From a virus (lineage: Duplodnaviria; Caudoviricetes): a DNA stretch of 38,672 bases. Made by a program: the position numbers and the translations under genes. Below, piece by piece: positions 28,338 through 36,982 of the stretch. The stretch spans positions 1-38,672 of IMG/VR virus record IMGVR_UViG_3300022218_000005; one strand, given 5' to 3'. Numbering within the stretch: position 1 is the first letter of the stretch; each line of letters starts with the position of its first letter. The notes beneath the pieces are model-generated. The model was given only the letters and a program-made list of their open reading frames with translations. It did no database searches and was not told where the DNA came from.

Positions 28338-28353
28338 TGTTTCACGTGAAACA
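28338..28353. promoter_or_regulatory. parS: parS-type palindrome #3
   Basis: Perfect TGTTTCACGTGAAACA (palindrome extends to 20 bp, 28336..28355), intergenic. Confidence 0.85.
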
Positions 28354-28358
28354 ATTAT

Positions 28359-30629
28359 CTAAACTTCTGAAAAGTTAATATTTAAAGTGTTAAAAGTAAC
28401 CTGAGTATTTGCAATATTACTTTTAACATAAAGCTCGAAATAATCATTTTCCGCAATATTAAAAATATCTACTGCATTCGGAGTTATATCGCTATTTGGA
28501 GAGTTAACGCCGTGTGGAGTCTCAATAAAAAACGAACCGTTCTTATATAAAGCTAATGTTATAGTGCTTAACTTATCAACACTAAGAACCGCCGCAGCGT
28601 TAAAATGATATTTTCCCGCTTTTAAACAAGTTAACTTATTCGTTGCTAAGGTTGTAAAAAGCTCATTTATAGCGTCATCGGTAAAAATTCCAGTTATTTT
28701 ATAGTATTGCCCAGCGTTTGCTAAGTCCATAACTTCGATGTCCGACAAATTCATTTTACCAACTCCTTTTGGGTAAATAATAGGCTTTTCAAAGTTAAAA
28801 TAAGTGTCTTCTTCTGTAAAACCCGAATCTTTAAAAGTAGTTCCGTCTTTTACAGGAAACCTCTTATCTGAAATATTAGCACCGAAAACAGTTTGAACTT
28901 GTTCAGTTGTAATATTTTCAATGCCTAAAGTAGCCCAGTTGCTATTGTCGTAAGAAGTTGGCGTTTCTGCTGTCCATTTTTGAATTTTTGAATTGCTTTC
29001 TGAAATAATATCTAACCAAAAAGCTCTATTACCAAAAAATTCTAAGGTAAATACATTCTCACCACGTCCAGACAAAGTTGCTACTGCACTACCTATTCCA
29101 GTTACTACATTATAAATTTTATCAAATTCTAAATTACCATTAATATCAACATAATATATATATATAGATACAGGGTCAGGAAAATACTCAAGTGTGTATA
29201 GTTTGTTTTCATTGAAATACATAAAACTAGAAGAAGATACAGAATAAGAATCTTCAAAAGTCAAAGTGCCATCAATATTGATATTATATTTATATACTGT
29301 AATATCTCTCCCTATGTATAATTTACTGTTGTAAATAGCAAGTGAACTAAGGCTTGTATATCCAGTAGCTAAGTTATCGTCGTAAGTTAATGAACCATCG
29401 CCATTTATTATATACCAATAAACAGTAGTATTATTTTGAACATATAGCCTATTATCTTTTATAGCTATTTGTCCTAATCCTGCATAACCAGTAGCTAAAC
29501 TACCATCGGCGGTTAAAGAACCATCACCTGCTATCAAATACCAATATATAGTATTATCATTTTGAACATACAACCTATTGTCTTTTATAGCCATACCACA
29601 CAAACTAGCACTGAAACCTGAAGGAATAGATATTTCATTACTCAAAGTTCCATCCGCAGCAATATCATAGCTTTTGATATTAGGACCATCTAATACGTAA
29701 AGTTTTGTTTCTGTCGCTATGCTATATATTGGGTTGCTTAAAGTAGTGTTTACACCCCCGCCTAACTCTAAATAAGGCTCTCCTGTTTTTTCTTCAATTC
29801 CTATTTCTAAGCCTTTGTACAACTCATCTAATTTAGTCGGAAAATAAGCATCTCTTGCAGCTTCACTATCAAAAACATGTTCTGGCAAAATACTGTTAAA
29901 AGCAAATTCTAATCCGTCCTGAGTCTCATTTACTCGCAAAAATTTACGTTTTTGCCCTATGTAAGAAGTCGGGGTGTCTGTTAAATTAAGAAAAGAAACC
30001 AAGGCTACATTCCCTATAACAGACCACCCCGAACCATTCCAAACAATTATACTGCCGTTTGCAAAAGTCTGTCCTGTATTTGTTTTTGTCGGGTCATTAT
30101 CTATTACATCCGCTAATACAAAATAAACATCATTTGCAGCAACAGCCGTCAAGGCTGGAAAGTCGGCAGCTGTTAAAATTTCGCCTTTTGTTTCCAAGAA
30201 ACCAGAAAGCAGATTAAACCAGTCTAAAGGGCTTGTTTCTGGGTTTGCATTTGTATTGTCTCTTAAAGCAACGTATAGCATACCGTTGCGGTTTGTTATG
30301 TTGTTTGTTTTATAATTTTCATAATCTACCCAAGAGCCCAAAACAGACCCGCCCGTCCCTATACTATTTATTTTTTTTTTTGAAACAAAACCCGACAAAG
30401 TCGCCATTCTATCCTGTAAATCAACTGGAGTTATATCGACACCAGTGTCGTTTTCAAGCGTTACTGTTGCCATATCAATATCAAAGCTGGGCTCGTTTTG
30501 ATACATCGAATAAAGCCGCACTGCCGTAGGCGAAATAGCCGCAACCTCGAAAGATAAACCTTTAAATTTTCCATTTATAAAAAACCCGTTAAGATTGTCT
30601 TTAATTGTTAAATTTTTTAATATACTCAT
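28359..30629 (-). CDS. Large mosaic fibre/adhesin-like virion protein
   Basis: CBM5/12-like W...Y.......Y.A...N...P....W motif, FLNLTDTP.SY.GQ fibre linker, 42-aa propeller-like repeats, C1q/TNF-like C-terminus. Confidence 0.72.
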   Translation of the reverse strand: MSILKNLTIKDNLNGFFINGKFKGLSFEVAAISPTAVRLYSMYQNEPSFDIDMATVTLENDTGVDITPVDLQDRMATLSGFVSKKKINSIGTGGSVLGSWVDYENYKTNNITNRNGMLYVALRDNTNANPETSPLDWFNLLSGFLETKGEILTAADFPALTAVAANDVYFVLADVIDNDPTKTNTGQTFANGSIIVWNGSGWSVIGNVALVSFLNLTDTPTSYIGQKRKFLRVNETQDGLEFAFNSILPEHVFDSEAARDAYFPTKLDELYKGLEIGIEEKTGEPYLELGGGVNTTLSNPIYSIATETKLYVLDGPNIKSYDIAADGTLSNEISIPSGFSASLCGMAIKDNRLYVQNDNTIYWYLIAGDGSLTADGSLATGYAGLGQIAIKDNRLYVQNNTTVYWYIINGDGSLTYDDNLATGYTSLSSLAIYNSKLYIGRDITVYKYNINIDGTLTFEDSYSVSSSSFMYFNENKLYTLEYFPDPVSIYIYYVDINGNLEFDKIYNVVTGIGSAVATLSGRGENVFTLEFFGNRAFWLDIISESNSKIQKWTAETPTSYDNSNWATLGIENITTEQVQTVFGANISDKRFPVKDGTTFKDSGFTEEDTYFNFEKPIIYPKGVGKMNLSDIEVMDLANAGQYYKITGIFTDDAINELFTTLATNKLTCLKAGKYHFNAAAVLSVDKLSTITLALYKNGSFFIETPHGVNSPNSDITPNAVDIFNIAENDYFELYVKSNIANTQVTFNTLNINFSEV

Positions 30630-32034
30630 TTTGCAAATGTTTTTTATTTTCCGCTGTAACTTGCAAAGCGGGGTTTATTTTTTCTTCTTTTTCTTCTTTC
30701 TCGCTTAATTCTAAGCCTATAAAATCGCTTGCTACGACAATATCCACACTGTAACCACCATTTGAAAGAATGCTTAAAATTTCAGCTTTTTCTTTCATTG
30801 TGATTTTTTCCGAATTGTCAATTTCTAATCTTTGTCCCTCTTTAAAAGGAAAGCCAAAGTTTCGTAAACGTGGTAAAAGTTCTTTTGTTACAATATAAGA
30901 AACCGTCCGAGCTATCGAGTCTATAATGTCGTTTGTCGTATTAGCATGAACCTCTCCTTTATAATTCCCCCCCATCGCGTCCATTGTCATGGTTGAACTT
31001 AAAAGTCCCTTGCTCATTTGTTCGTCGCAAAGCCTCATAAGGTTTTCAAAGAATTGCTGCCCAGACCCGCCGCTTTTCCCACTGCTATCGAACGGCATAA
31101 CCTCATCGCTTAAATCCATTACTATGTAATTGTTAGTAATCCAATTCTCAAGTCCATCGACAGCATTTTGTTTTCTTACGGTGTCGTTTAAATTTGTCTT
31201 TGCTATAATTGGAGGGATACCGTATGTTTTATTATACTTTGCCCAAACCCTTGCAATTTCGCATTTGTAAACGTACCAACGTACGCATGCGTTTAGCTGT
31301 CCGAGTACATTATCAAAGATATAAATACAAGAACTTTTATATGGCTGCTTATCCCACTTTTTAAAAGGTTGCAAATCGTATTCCCTTTTAACAACACCGT
31401 TTAAATCTGGTCTTACGTGTTTACGATTTACTTCTTTTAAACAAATACTAAAATCTGTAAGATTTAAACTTTCTATCTGAATAAGTCCAAACCCCCAAAG
31501 CCTTACATTTACTACATATTTTATAAAATCAACAAACCATTGACTTTTTAATATATTTGTCCCTTTTGTGTCATGTTCTCCATTTTCGTTTGAAATAAAA
31601 AAATCTTTCTTCGCAACACCCTCTACTAATTTATTAATAGAACCTTGTATATGTGCATCGGTTATCATATTTGCAAATATATCAAAAAGCCCCCCCCAGT
31701 CAGGAGAAAAACCAACTCCAAAAGGCTGCGAGGCTGCACGCATAGCATAAAGCCATTTGTTAGTGGTTACAGCTGCGTAGTTAAAGCCTGTCATCTCTTC
31801 GACATCGCTATCTATTCCTTTTAGCTTCTTTTGTTGAGATGCTAATATTGTATTGAGTTTGTTCTCTATTTCATTTAAAGCATCCGTTTTTGCCAAATCC
31901 TGCAATTCTTTTTCAGGGAACATTTTTTTCAGTTGCTCAATAAAAGATATTTTTTCTTTCCCACCTTTTGGGTTTACGCGAACTTTTACTTTATTGTTGC
32001 TTTTCCGAAAAAACCGACTTATTTTTTTAATCAT
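30601..32034 (-). CDS. Portal protein (DUF935 / Mu gp29-like)
   Basis: DAHIQG, LWGFGLIQ, W..Y...YGIP, MSK.LL..TMT...G....GEVH and LLPRL...GF motifs. Confidence 0.88.
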   Translation of the reverse strand: MIKKISRFFRKSNNKVKVRVNPKGGKEKISFIEQLKKMFPEKELQDLAKTDALNEIENKLNTILASQQKKLKGIDSDVEEMTGFNYAAVTTNKWLYAMRAASQPFGVGFSPDWGGLFDIFANMITDAHIQGSINKLVEGVAKKDFFISNENGEHDTKGTNILKSQWFVDFIKYVVNVRLWGFGLIQIESLNLTDFSICLKEVNRKHVRPDLNGVVKREYDLQPFKKWDKQPYKSSCIYIFDNVLGQLNACVRWYVYKCEIARVWAKYNKTYGIPPIIAKTNLNDTVRKQNAVDGLENWITNNYIVMDLSDEVMPFDSSGKSGGSGQQFFENLMRLCDEQMSKGLLSSTMTMDAMGGNYKGEVHANTTNDIIDSIARTVSYIVTKELLPRLRNFGFPFKEGQRLEIDNSEKITMKEKAEILSILSNGGYSVDIVVASDFIGLELSEKEEKEEKINPALQVTAENKKHLQNEYIKKFNN

Positions 32035-32039
32035 ATCTT

Positions 32040-32648
32040 TTAATATATATCTGTTGTTTCAATATTGAAAGACCCATGTATAAAAGATTGCCCCGCGTCG
32101 TTTGGTGCAGTGTTTTCACGTGTTGGAATATCTAAGCATACGATACCTTTTTGAATTTCCTTTAAGCGGCTAATTGCGTTATCATAATCAAATATCCTTT
32201 GCTCTGGAATTTGTCGAGGGTTTCCACGTCTTGAAAGATTATGAATAAGCAAAAGGCATGTTATTTCTACTAAGATCGGATTACGGTCGTCTTTCTGCTC
32301 GAAAAATTCGGTATCCGTTATTAGAGTAGCTGCGGGTGCATCCTTAATACACAAATAAAGGGTGTTTTCGCCCGTTTGTCCATCTACTATATAAAGCCTT
32401 TCGTTTTCTAAGTGGTTTAAATTATCATCAAATAAAGACACCTTACGCGTTTCTTTGTCCATATCATACCAATGCCGCGTGAAACCGTTTACAGTTTCCA
32501 GTGCTGTTGGTATCAAATTTTGCCAAATAGTATCAGTTCCCGCCACCGCAGGTTCGCCGCCCATGGCTTTACGTCCGTTCGTTAATTCGGAAAGAGTGTT
32601 TTTTTGAATGTATTTAGTTAAGTCGTTTTTTGTTATATAGGTATCCAT
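32040..32648 (-). CDS. Head-tail adaptor (DUF1320 / Mu gp36-like)
   Basis: YITKNDL, RNPILV and IPEQR..DYDNAISRLKEI.KG motifs. Confidence 0.8.
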   Translation of the reverse strand: MDTYITKNDLTKYIQKNTLSELTNGRKAMGGEPAVAGTDTIWQNLIPTALETVNGFTRHWYDMDKETRKVSLFDDNLNHLENERLYIVDGQTGENTLYLCIKDAPAATLITDTEFFEQKDDRNPILVEITCLLLIHNLSRRGNPRQIPEQRIFDYDNAISRLKEIQKGIVCLDIPTRENTAPNDAGQSFIHGSFNIETTDIY

Positions 32649-32716
32649 AGCACAAATTTAATTAAATAATCTTAAAATAAGAAATTTAATCGCGAAAAGC
32701 CAAAAAAGGCGGCAAA

Positions 32717-33421
32717 GTGTAACTTGTGTAACATTGAGTCGCGTTTTATTTACTCCTATAAAAAACAGCGTATTTATATGACTTTTGTCATGTTTTGGTA
32801 TATATACTTTATTTACTCTTTATACTTAAATAGGTATATATACCTTGTTTTATTTTATATATACTCAATATATAAACCTATGTTACACTATTTAGATAAA
32901 AAAAGAGAAAGAAAAAGATATAAATAACTGATAGTAAGGCAATTAACCACCATTTGCGTAAGTTTTGCGTATGAAAAGTGTATGTTGCACGCTGTTTTGG
33001 TTAAATACAGCCGTACCCTTCTGATTTACAAACCGTTACTATACGTTTGCGTAAGAAAGATGTATGTTACACGCTGTTTTCGGTAAAATCTTACCTAACT
33101 GATTAACATATAGGCATCTAAGATTGTTTTTAGCGAAAAACCTATGTTACACCCTATGTTGCACTTTTAAGAACCTATGTTACACGTTTTACTCGAAAAG
33201 CAACACGCGTAAACTTTGCGTATAAAAAGTGGATGTTGCACTTTGCGTGTAACATAGAAAAATCACGCTCGTAACTGATTGAATTACAGGCACTATAAAG
33301 GTTGCGTATAAAAAGTGTATGTTGCACGGGTATAAATACCTATGCTGTAAATCAGGTCGTTACGGTGTTTTCGAGCGTCTGGAAACATCAAAATAGACAC
33401 CTTTTTTCACCTTTGTGTAAC
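32717..33421. repeat. Iteron-like repeat region with AT-rich tract: putative replication origin
   Basis: Four 26-bp units of TTGCGTA(t/a)(a/g)AAA..TG(t/g)ATGTT(g/a)CAC at 32965, 33047, 33216, 33302; CCTATGTT(a/g)CAC at 32877, 33141, 33153, 33174; inverted GTGTAAC at 32717, 32726, 33247, 33415; AT-rich 32760-32930; largest non-coding gap. Confidence 0.7.
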
Positions 33422-33452
33422 TTACATTTTCTTTACGTTGCTACATTAAAGC

Positions 33453-33486
33453 AAAAAAAACGCCTCTCAAAAGAGGCGTTTTTTTT
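33453..33486. terminator. Bidirectional intrinsic terminator bordering the putative origin
   Basis: A8-CGCCTCT-CAAA-AGAGGCG-T8. Confidence 0.85.
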
Positions 33487-33499
33487 ATTTGCAGATCAA

Positions 33500-34018
33500 T
33501 TAATAAATACAATCGAAAATTTTATACATATAAACAATAGCCCATTGAGGCATTTTAATGCCCTTTTTGTTGTTTTCATAATATTCTTTTGCCGTGTCTT
33601 CAAACATAAAACCCATAGCGACCCAATCGCAAATATTATGCAGTAAAGCTAATTCTTGATTTGTTCTGTTTGAATATTTAGTCCATGTTTGCCAGTGGTG
33701 ATTGTTATGTTTTTTGTGATGTTCCCATGCTTTATCATATAAAGACTTATCCTCTTCTTTATCATTAGCAGGATAAAAAAACTGTCTGTATTGTGAAAAT
33801 TCATTTTTAGACAATTTACTTAAATCATGGTTTTTAATATCATTATCTAATTGATTAAAAAGCCAGTCATCAGTAATAAAACTAAAATGTTTACATTTAT
33901 CTTGAATTAAAAGCCATGCTTTTTGAACATTATTATAATGTTCTTCTATATAGTTTAAATAGTTTAATTCTTCTTTGGTTTTTAAACTTCTTCTTAACGC
34001 TTTAATTTTTTCTTGCAT
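33500..34018 (-). CDS. DUF5662-like His-rich (HD-type) protein
   Basis: H...V, HDLSKL...E, HH...N.HH and ICDW motifs. Confidence 0.7.
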   Translation of the reverse strand: MQEKIKALRRSLKTKEELNYLNYIEEHYNNVQKAWLLIQDKCKHFSFITDDWLFNQLDNDIKNHDLSKLSKNEFSQYRQFFYPANDKEEDKSLYDKAWEHHKKHNNHHWQTWTKYSNRTNQELALLHNICDWVAMGFMFEDTAKEYYENNKKGIKMPQWAIVYMYKIFDCIY

Positions 34019-34094
34019 AATGTTTTTTTATATTAGAAACGCTCCCCCGAAAGAAGCGTTTTTTACTTTATATTTACAGATAAAATTAATTCAG

Positions 34095-34289
34095 CTAACC
34101 ATAATCAAAAATCTCTATAAGTGTGCAAATTCCGATTATTAAAACAATAGTTATTCTAATGCCTAAAATAAGCCCAAAAACGAAAGGGAATTTAATATCT
34201 ACATAAATACAGAACCCTATTACAAAAAGCAAAGGAATAAGCAGAAATGCAGCTATGAATATCTTTAAGAGTGTTTTTTTCATAATCAA
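34095..34289 (-). CDS. Small two-TM membrane protein
   Basis: Two hydrophobic segments in 64 aa. Confidence 0.6.
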   Translation of the reverse strand: MIMKKTLLKIFIAAFLLIPLLFVIGFCIYVDIKFPFVFGLILGIRITIVLIIGICTLIEIFDYG

Positions 34290-34489
34290 ATACTATTCGC
34301 GAAAGTTTCTAATTCTTTGGTTTTTTCATTATCGGTACTGCCGACAATATGATAACCTTCGCTTTTATTGAAATTGATTTTTAATTTTTCAGGATCGAGA
34401 CCAAGTTCTTTTGCCTTGTAAGATATTCGTAAAAGTTTGAAATACCCTTTTCGTACCTGTTTGGGTGTTTTCGGTTTTAATGGTCTCAT
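34286..34489 (-). CDS. Hypothetical protein
   Basis: 67-aa ORF overlapping the next gene by 4 nt. Confidence 0.6.
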   Translation of the reverse strand: MRPLKPKTPKQVRKGYFKLLRISYKAKELGLDPEKLKINFNKSEGYHIVGSTDNEKTKELETFANSI

Positions 34490-34492
34490 CCT

Positions 34493-34654
34493 CTAATACT
34501 TTTTAAGTTGATTTTGTATTTTTCTGTTTTTTCTGCTAAGTTTATAATGTTTGTATTTGTTGAAAATTGCAATTGACAATAAAAAAAGTCCTGCAAATAC
34601 CACCCCTACCAATTCATCGGGGGCATCTAAAAATAATTTAATAAATAAAATCAT
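34493..34654 (-). CDS. Small (53 aa) TM protein with basic tail, not in the ORF track
   Basis: Manual translation MILFIKLFLDAPDELVGVVFAGLFLLSIAIFNKYKHYKLSRKNRKIQNQLKKY. Confidence 0.6.
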   Translation of the reverse strand: MILFIKLFLDAPDELVGVVFAGLFLLSIAIFNKYKHYKLSRKNRKIQNQLKKY

Positions 34655-34675
34655 GTTCTTATTTGTTTTTAATGG

Positions 34676-35128
34676 TTAAATCTCAATTTCTTTGCCACCT
34701 ACTACTATAACGTTTTTAGTGGTGTTTACTTCCACTTCCTTCTTTTCGGCTAATCCTGTCAATCGAGATACTAAGTTCTCTTTATATGTACCAATGGCAG
34801 CCCCAGTAATTAAATAATCCTCTATAATTAGTTTAATTCGCTTTATGACCTCCGAGTATTCTTTAAAGTTTTCCCGCGTTTCATAGTCGTTAAACGTTGA
34901 GTAACCGATACTTGCATGATTACAAAAACCCCGAATAGTCAAAGGTCTTTCTATTTCTATCTCAATAGCAGTGCCTACATTTTCGCCGCTTTTGCAAACG
35001 TCTTTTTTAATACAAGGGTTTTCTATATTCCACTTAAAATAAGCTATTGCAGCCGCCCAAAGATCGGCGGGTGTCTCGAATTTACGAGGCTGTCCTATTT
35101 TGTTTTGTCTTATTATTTCTTTTAACAT
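34676..35128 (-). CDS. terS: Terminase small subunit (P22 gp3-like)
   Basis: GQPRKFETPADLW.....YF.W, RPLTI.GFC and GAAIG......VSR..GL motifs. Confidence 0.85.
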   Translation of the reverse strand: MLKEIIRQNKIGQPRKFETPADLWAAAIAYFKWNIENPCIKKDVCKSGENVGTAIEIEIERPLTIRGFCNHASIGYSTFNDYETRENFKEYSEVIKRIKLIIEDYLITGAAIGTYKENLVSRLTGLAEKKEVEVNTTKNVIVVGGKEIEI

Positions 35129-35129
35129 A

Positions 35130-35306
35130 TTATTTTATTTTACCCAAAGATAAGGCTTCAGTGTAAGCCATTATTTTGTTGTTTTTAAAACGTATTTGCG
35201 TGTTAGTAGGGTCTTTTTTAGCCTCTGAATAACTTATTTTCTTATCTGTGAAAATGTTCTCAAATTGTTTAATTTCCAGTGTTTTTTTTCCTATTGTTAA
35301 TATCAT
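35130..35306 (-). CDS. Small (58 aa) basic hypothetical protein, not in the ORF track
   Basis: Manual translation MILTIGKKTLEIKQFENIFTDKK...EALSLGKIK; fills the terL-terS gap. Confidence 0.55.
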   Translation of the reverse strand: MILTIGKKTLEIKQFENIFTDKKISYSEAKKDPTNTQIRFKNNKIMAYTEALSLGKIK

Positions 35307-35321
35307 ATTGTTTTTTTTTTA

Positions 35322-36737
35322 TTAAAAGTCATCTCCTATTACTTTGTCAATAGAAACGGAAATAGCCTTGTGAGGTGGCGAAAATCTGTTTTTCCAATTA
35401 CCGAATGTGTTGCTTAGTGCAGTGTATAAAAAATATCGTAAAGTATCAGAAATATGCCCATGTTCTTCATAGCTTTGCCCCGCTTCATTTTTCACCCTTG
35501 TTTTTAGCATAGTACCATCGGCATCTTTTTTTACGCTAAGATAATCATTTATACTTGTTTTGCAAGTTTCTGAAATAAGAATTTGCCACCCGTCGTAAAA
35601 TGATAATAAAGCGTTCACGAACTCGCCCGTCAATGCGACTTGCGGGTTGCTTTTACCCATGTAATCGCAAATCTTATATTCTTTTTTTACCTGTTCTGTA
35701 AAAATATCAAAGAAACTCCTTTTCTTTTCGTCGATGGCATTTTGATTTTTAGTAGTCGCATCACCATATATATATACTACGTTATCGTATTTGGTAGAGT
35801 TCAAATATTCGGAAACTTTTTGCCCCAACCCGCTGGCATGATTAAAAGGGTCGGCGGCTGTAATTTCTGCTATTTGCAAAACCTTTTTGTCATTTGGGTA
35901 TATTTGCCAAATAGTAGCCGAACAGTAGGGCAAAGTATTTGCATCAATACTCACATGCACGGTTGTATTGTTATTATATTCGGCAAGTCCTAAATGTTTA
36001 TTTATATCGAAAGCGTGCCAAAATGCGTTTTCCGCTTTCAATGCAACGTCCCAGTTTCCTTCGACAAAAACTTTATATTCGTAAAGGGGGAGGTTTTTTA
36101 TATTATCTAAATACGCCTGCTCTAAATAAGGGTTGTCCGTAACGTAAGAAGCTAAATAAAAAGCGTTAGCGGGCAAAGTTCCGTTTTTCCATTTATCGTA
36201 AATTTCTTGCTTTATCCACGTTTGCGTTGGGTTACAAGTCATTATAATAAGCGGCGGCGGCTGTCCTGCTGCGGGGGTGGGAGTTATTAAATAAGATCCC
36301 GCTCTTTCAATGAATTTTTTGAAAGTTTCGTAACGAATTTCGGAAACCTCCTCCCCTATAAAGCCGTTTACTTCCATCCCCTTAAATCTTTCTAAGGTTT
36401 TATCCTTATCATAATTTTCACCAATGAAAAGAATAGTAGAGCCGTTTGCAAAAGTAAAAGTTTGGTCGCTTTCATTTATTTTAACGCCTGAACCTTCTAA
36501 AAACTTATCTAAGGACGGGCGGGTATTGTTTTTTAGCCTTTTAAGGTCTTTCCTTACAATAGCCCATCTACTTTTTGGGTATATTTTGCAAAGTAAAATA
36601 GCTATTGCGAGGGCTACAAAAGTTTTACCGCCCCGAATAGCACCGCCAAAAAGCAAAACCGTATATTTTCCCGACAAAACAGCGTCTATGAACTGCTGTT
36701 GTTTTTCAGTGGCTCTAAATACTATATTTTTCTTCAT
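35322..36737 (-). CDS. terL: Terminase large subunit (PBSX-like)
   Basis: GGAIRGGKT Walker A, IGEE Walker B, TCNP, DNPYL, nuclease SIDAN and HISDTLRY. Confidence 0.93.
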   Translation of the reverse strand: MKKNIVFRATEKQQQFIDAVLSGKYTVLLFGGAIRGGKTFVALAIAILLCKIYPKSRWAIVRKDLKRLKNNTRPSLDKFLEGSGVKINESDQTFTFANGSTILFIGENYDKDKTLERFKGMEVNGFIGEEVSEIRYETFKKFIERAGSYLITPTPAAGQPPPLIIMTCNPTQTWIKQEIYDKWKNGTLPANAFYLASYVTDNPYLEQAYLDNIKNLPLYEYKVFVEGNWDVALKAENAFWHAFDINKHLGLAEYNNNTTVHVSIDANTLPYCSATIWQIYPNDKKVLQIAEITAADPFNHASGLGQKVSEYLNSTKYDNVVYIYGDATTKNQNAIDEKKRSFFDIFTEQVKKEYKICDYMGKSNPQVALTGEFVNALLSFYDGWQILISETCKTSINDYLSVKKDADGTMLKTRVKNEAGQSYEEHGHISDTLRYFLYTALSNTFGNWKNRFSPPHKAISVSIDKVIGDDF

Positions 36738-36933
36738 TTCTCAAAAACTCACTTACTTCATTTAAGTTATAGCACAATGCTGAATTGTCGCTTTTTTCAC
36801 TAAAAACTATAACCACATTAGATAGCTTGTTACTGAAAACATGATAAGCACCCAACAGATTATAAACTTTATAAATCGGATCTTGTGGCACTTTTGGCTT
36901 ATTTAATGTTGTTGTTATTTTAAATTTTCCCAT
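36715..36933 (-). CDS. Hypothetical protein
   Basis: 72-aa ORF overlapping the terL start. Confidence 0.6.
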   Translation of the reverse strand: MGKFKITTTLNKPKVPQDPIYKVYNLLGAYHVFSNKLSNVVIVFSEKSDNSALCYNLNEVSEFLRNEEKYSI

Positions 36934-36946
36934 TGTCTTAAGTTAT

Positions 36947-36977
36947 AAAAAACAGCCACCGAAAAACGTGGCTGTTT
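36947..36977 (-). terminator. Intrinsic terminator between early small genes and the terminase genes
   Basis: AAACAGCCAC/GTGGCTGTTT stem, T6 on the minus strand. Confidence 0.75.
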
Positions 36978-36982
36978 GGTGT

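Noticed and set aside
25003-30629. Diversity-generating retroelement or invertase-based fibre switching
   Set aside because: No reverse transcriptase or recombinase gene, and I saw no template/variable repeat pair or inverted crossover sites
32965-33327. CRISPR mini-array interpretation of the 26-bp repeats
   Set aside because: Repeats are degenerate and non-palindromic, spacing is irregular, spacers contain sub-repeats in both orientations, and there are no cas genes; an iteron or pac region fits better
35145-35169. TATCTTTG -7 box with a GGCTT-N6-AAGCC inverted repeat upstream of terS
   Set aside because: It lies inside a plausible 58-aa ORF and lacks a -33 TTG; possible internal promoter but not supportable
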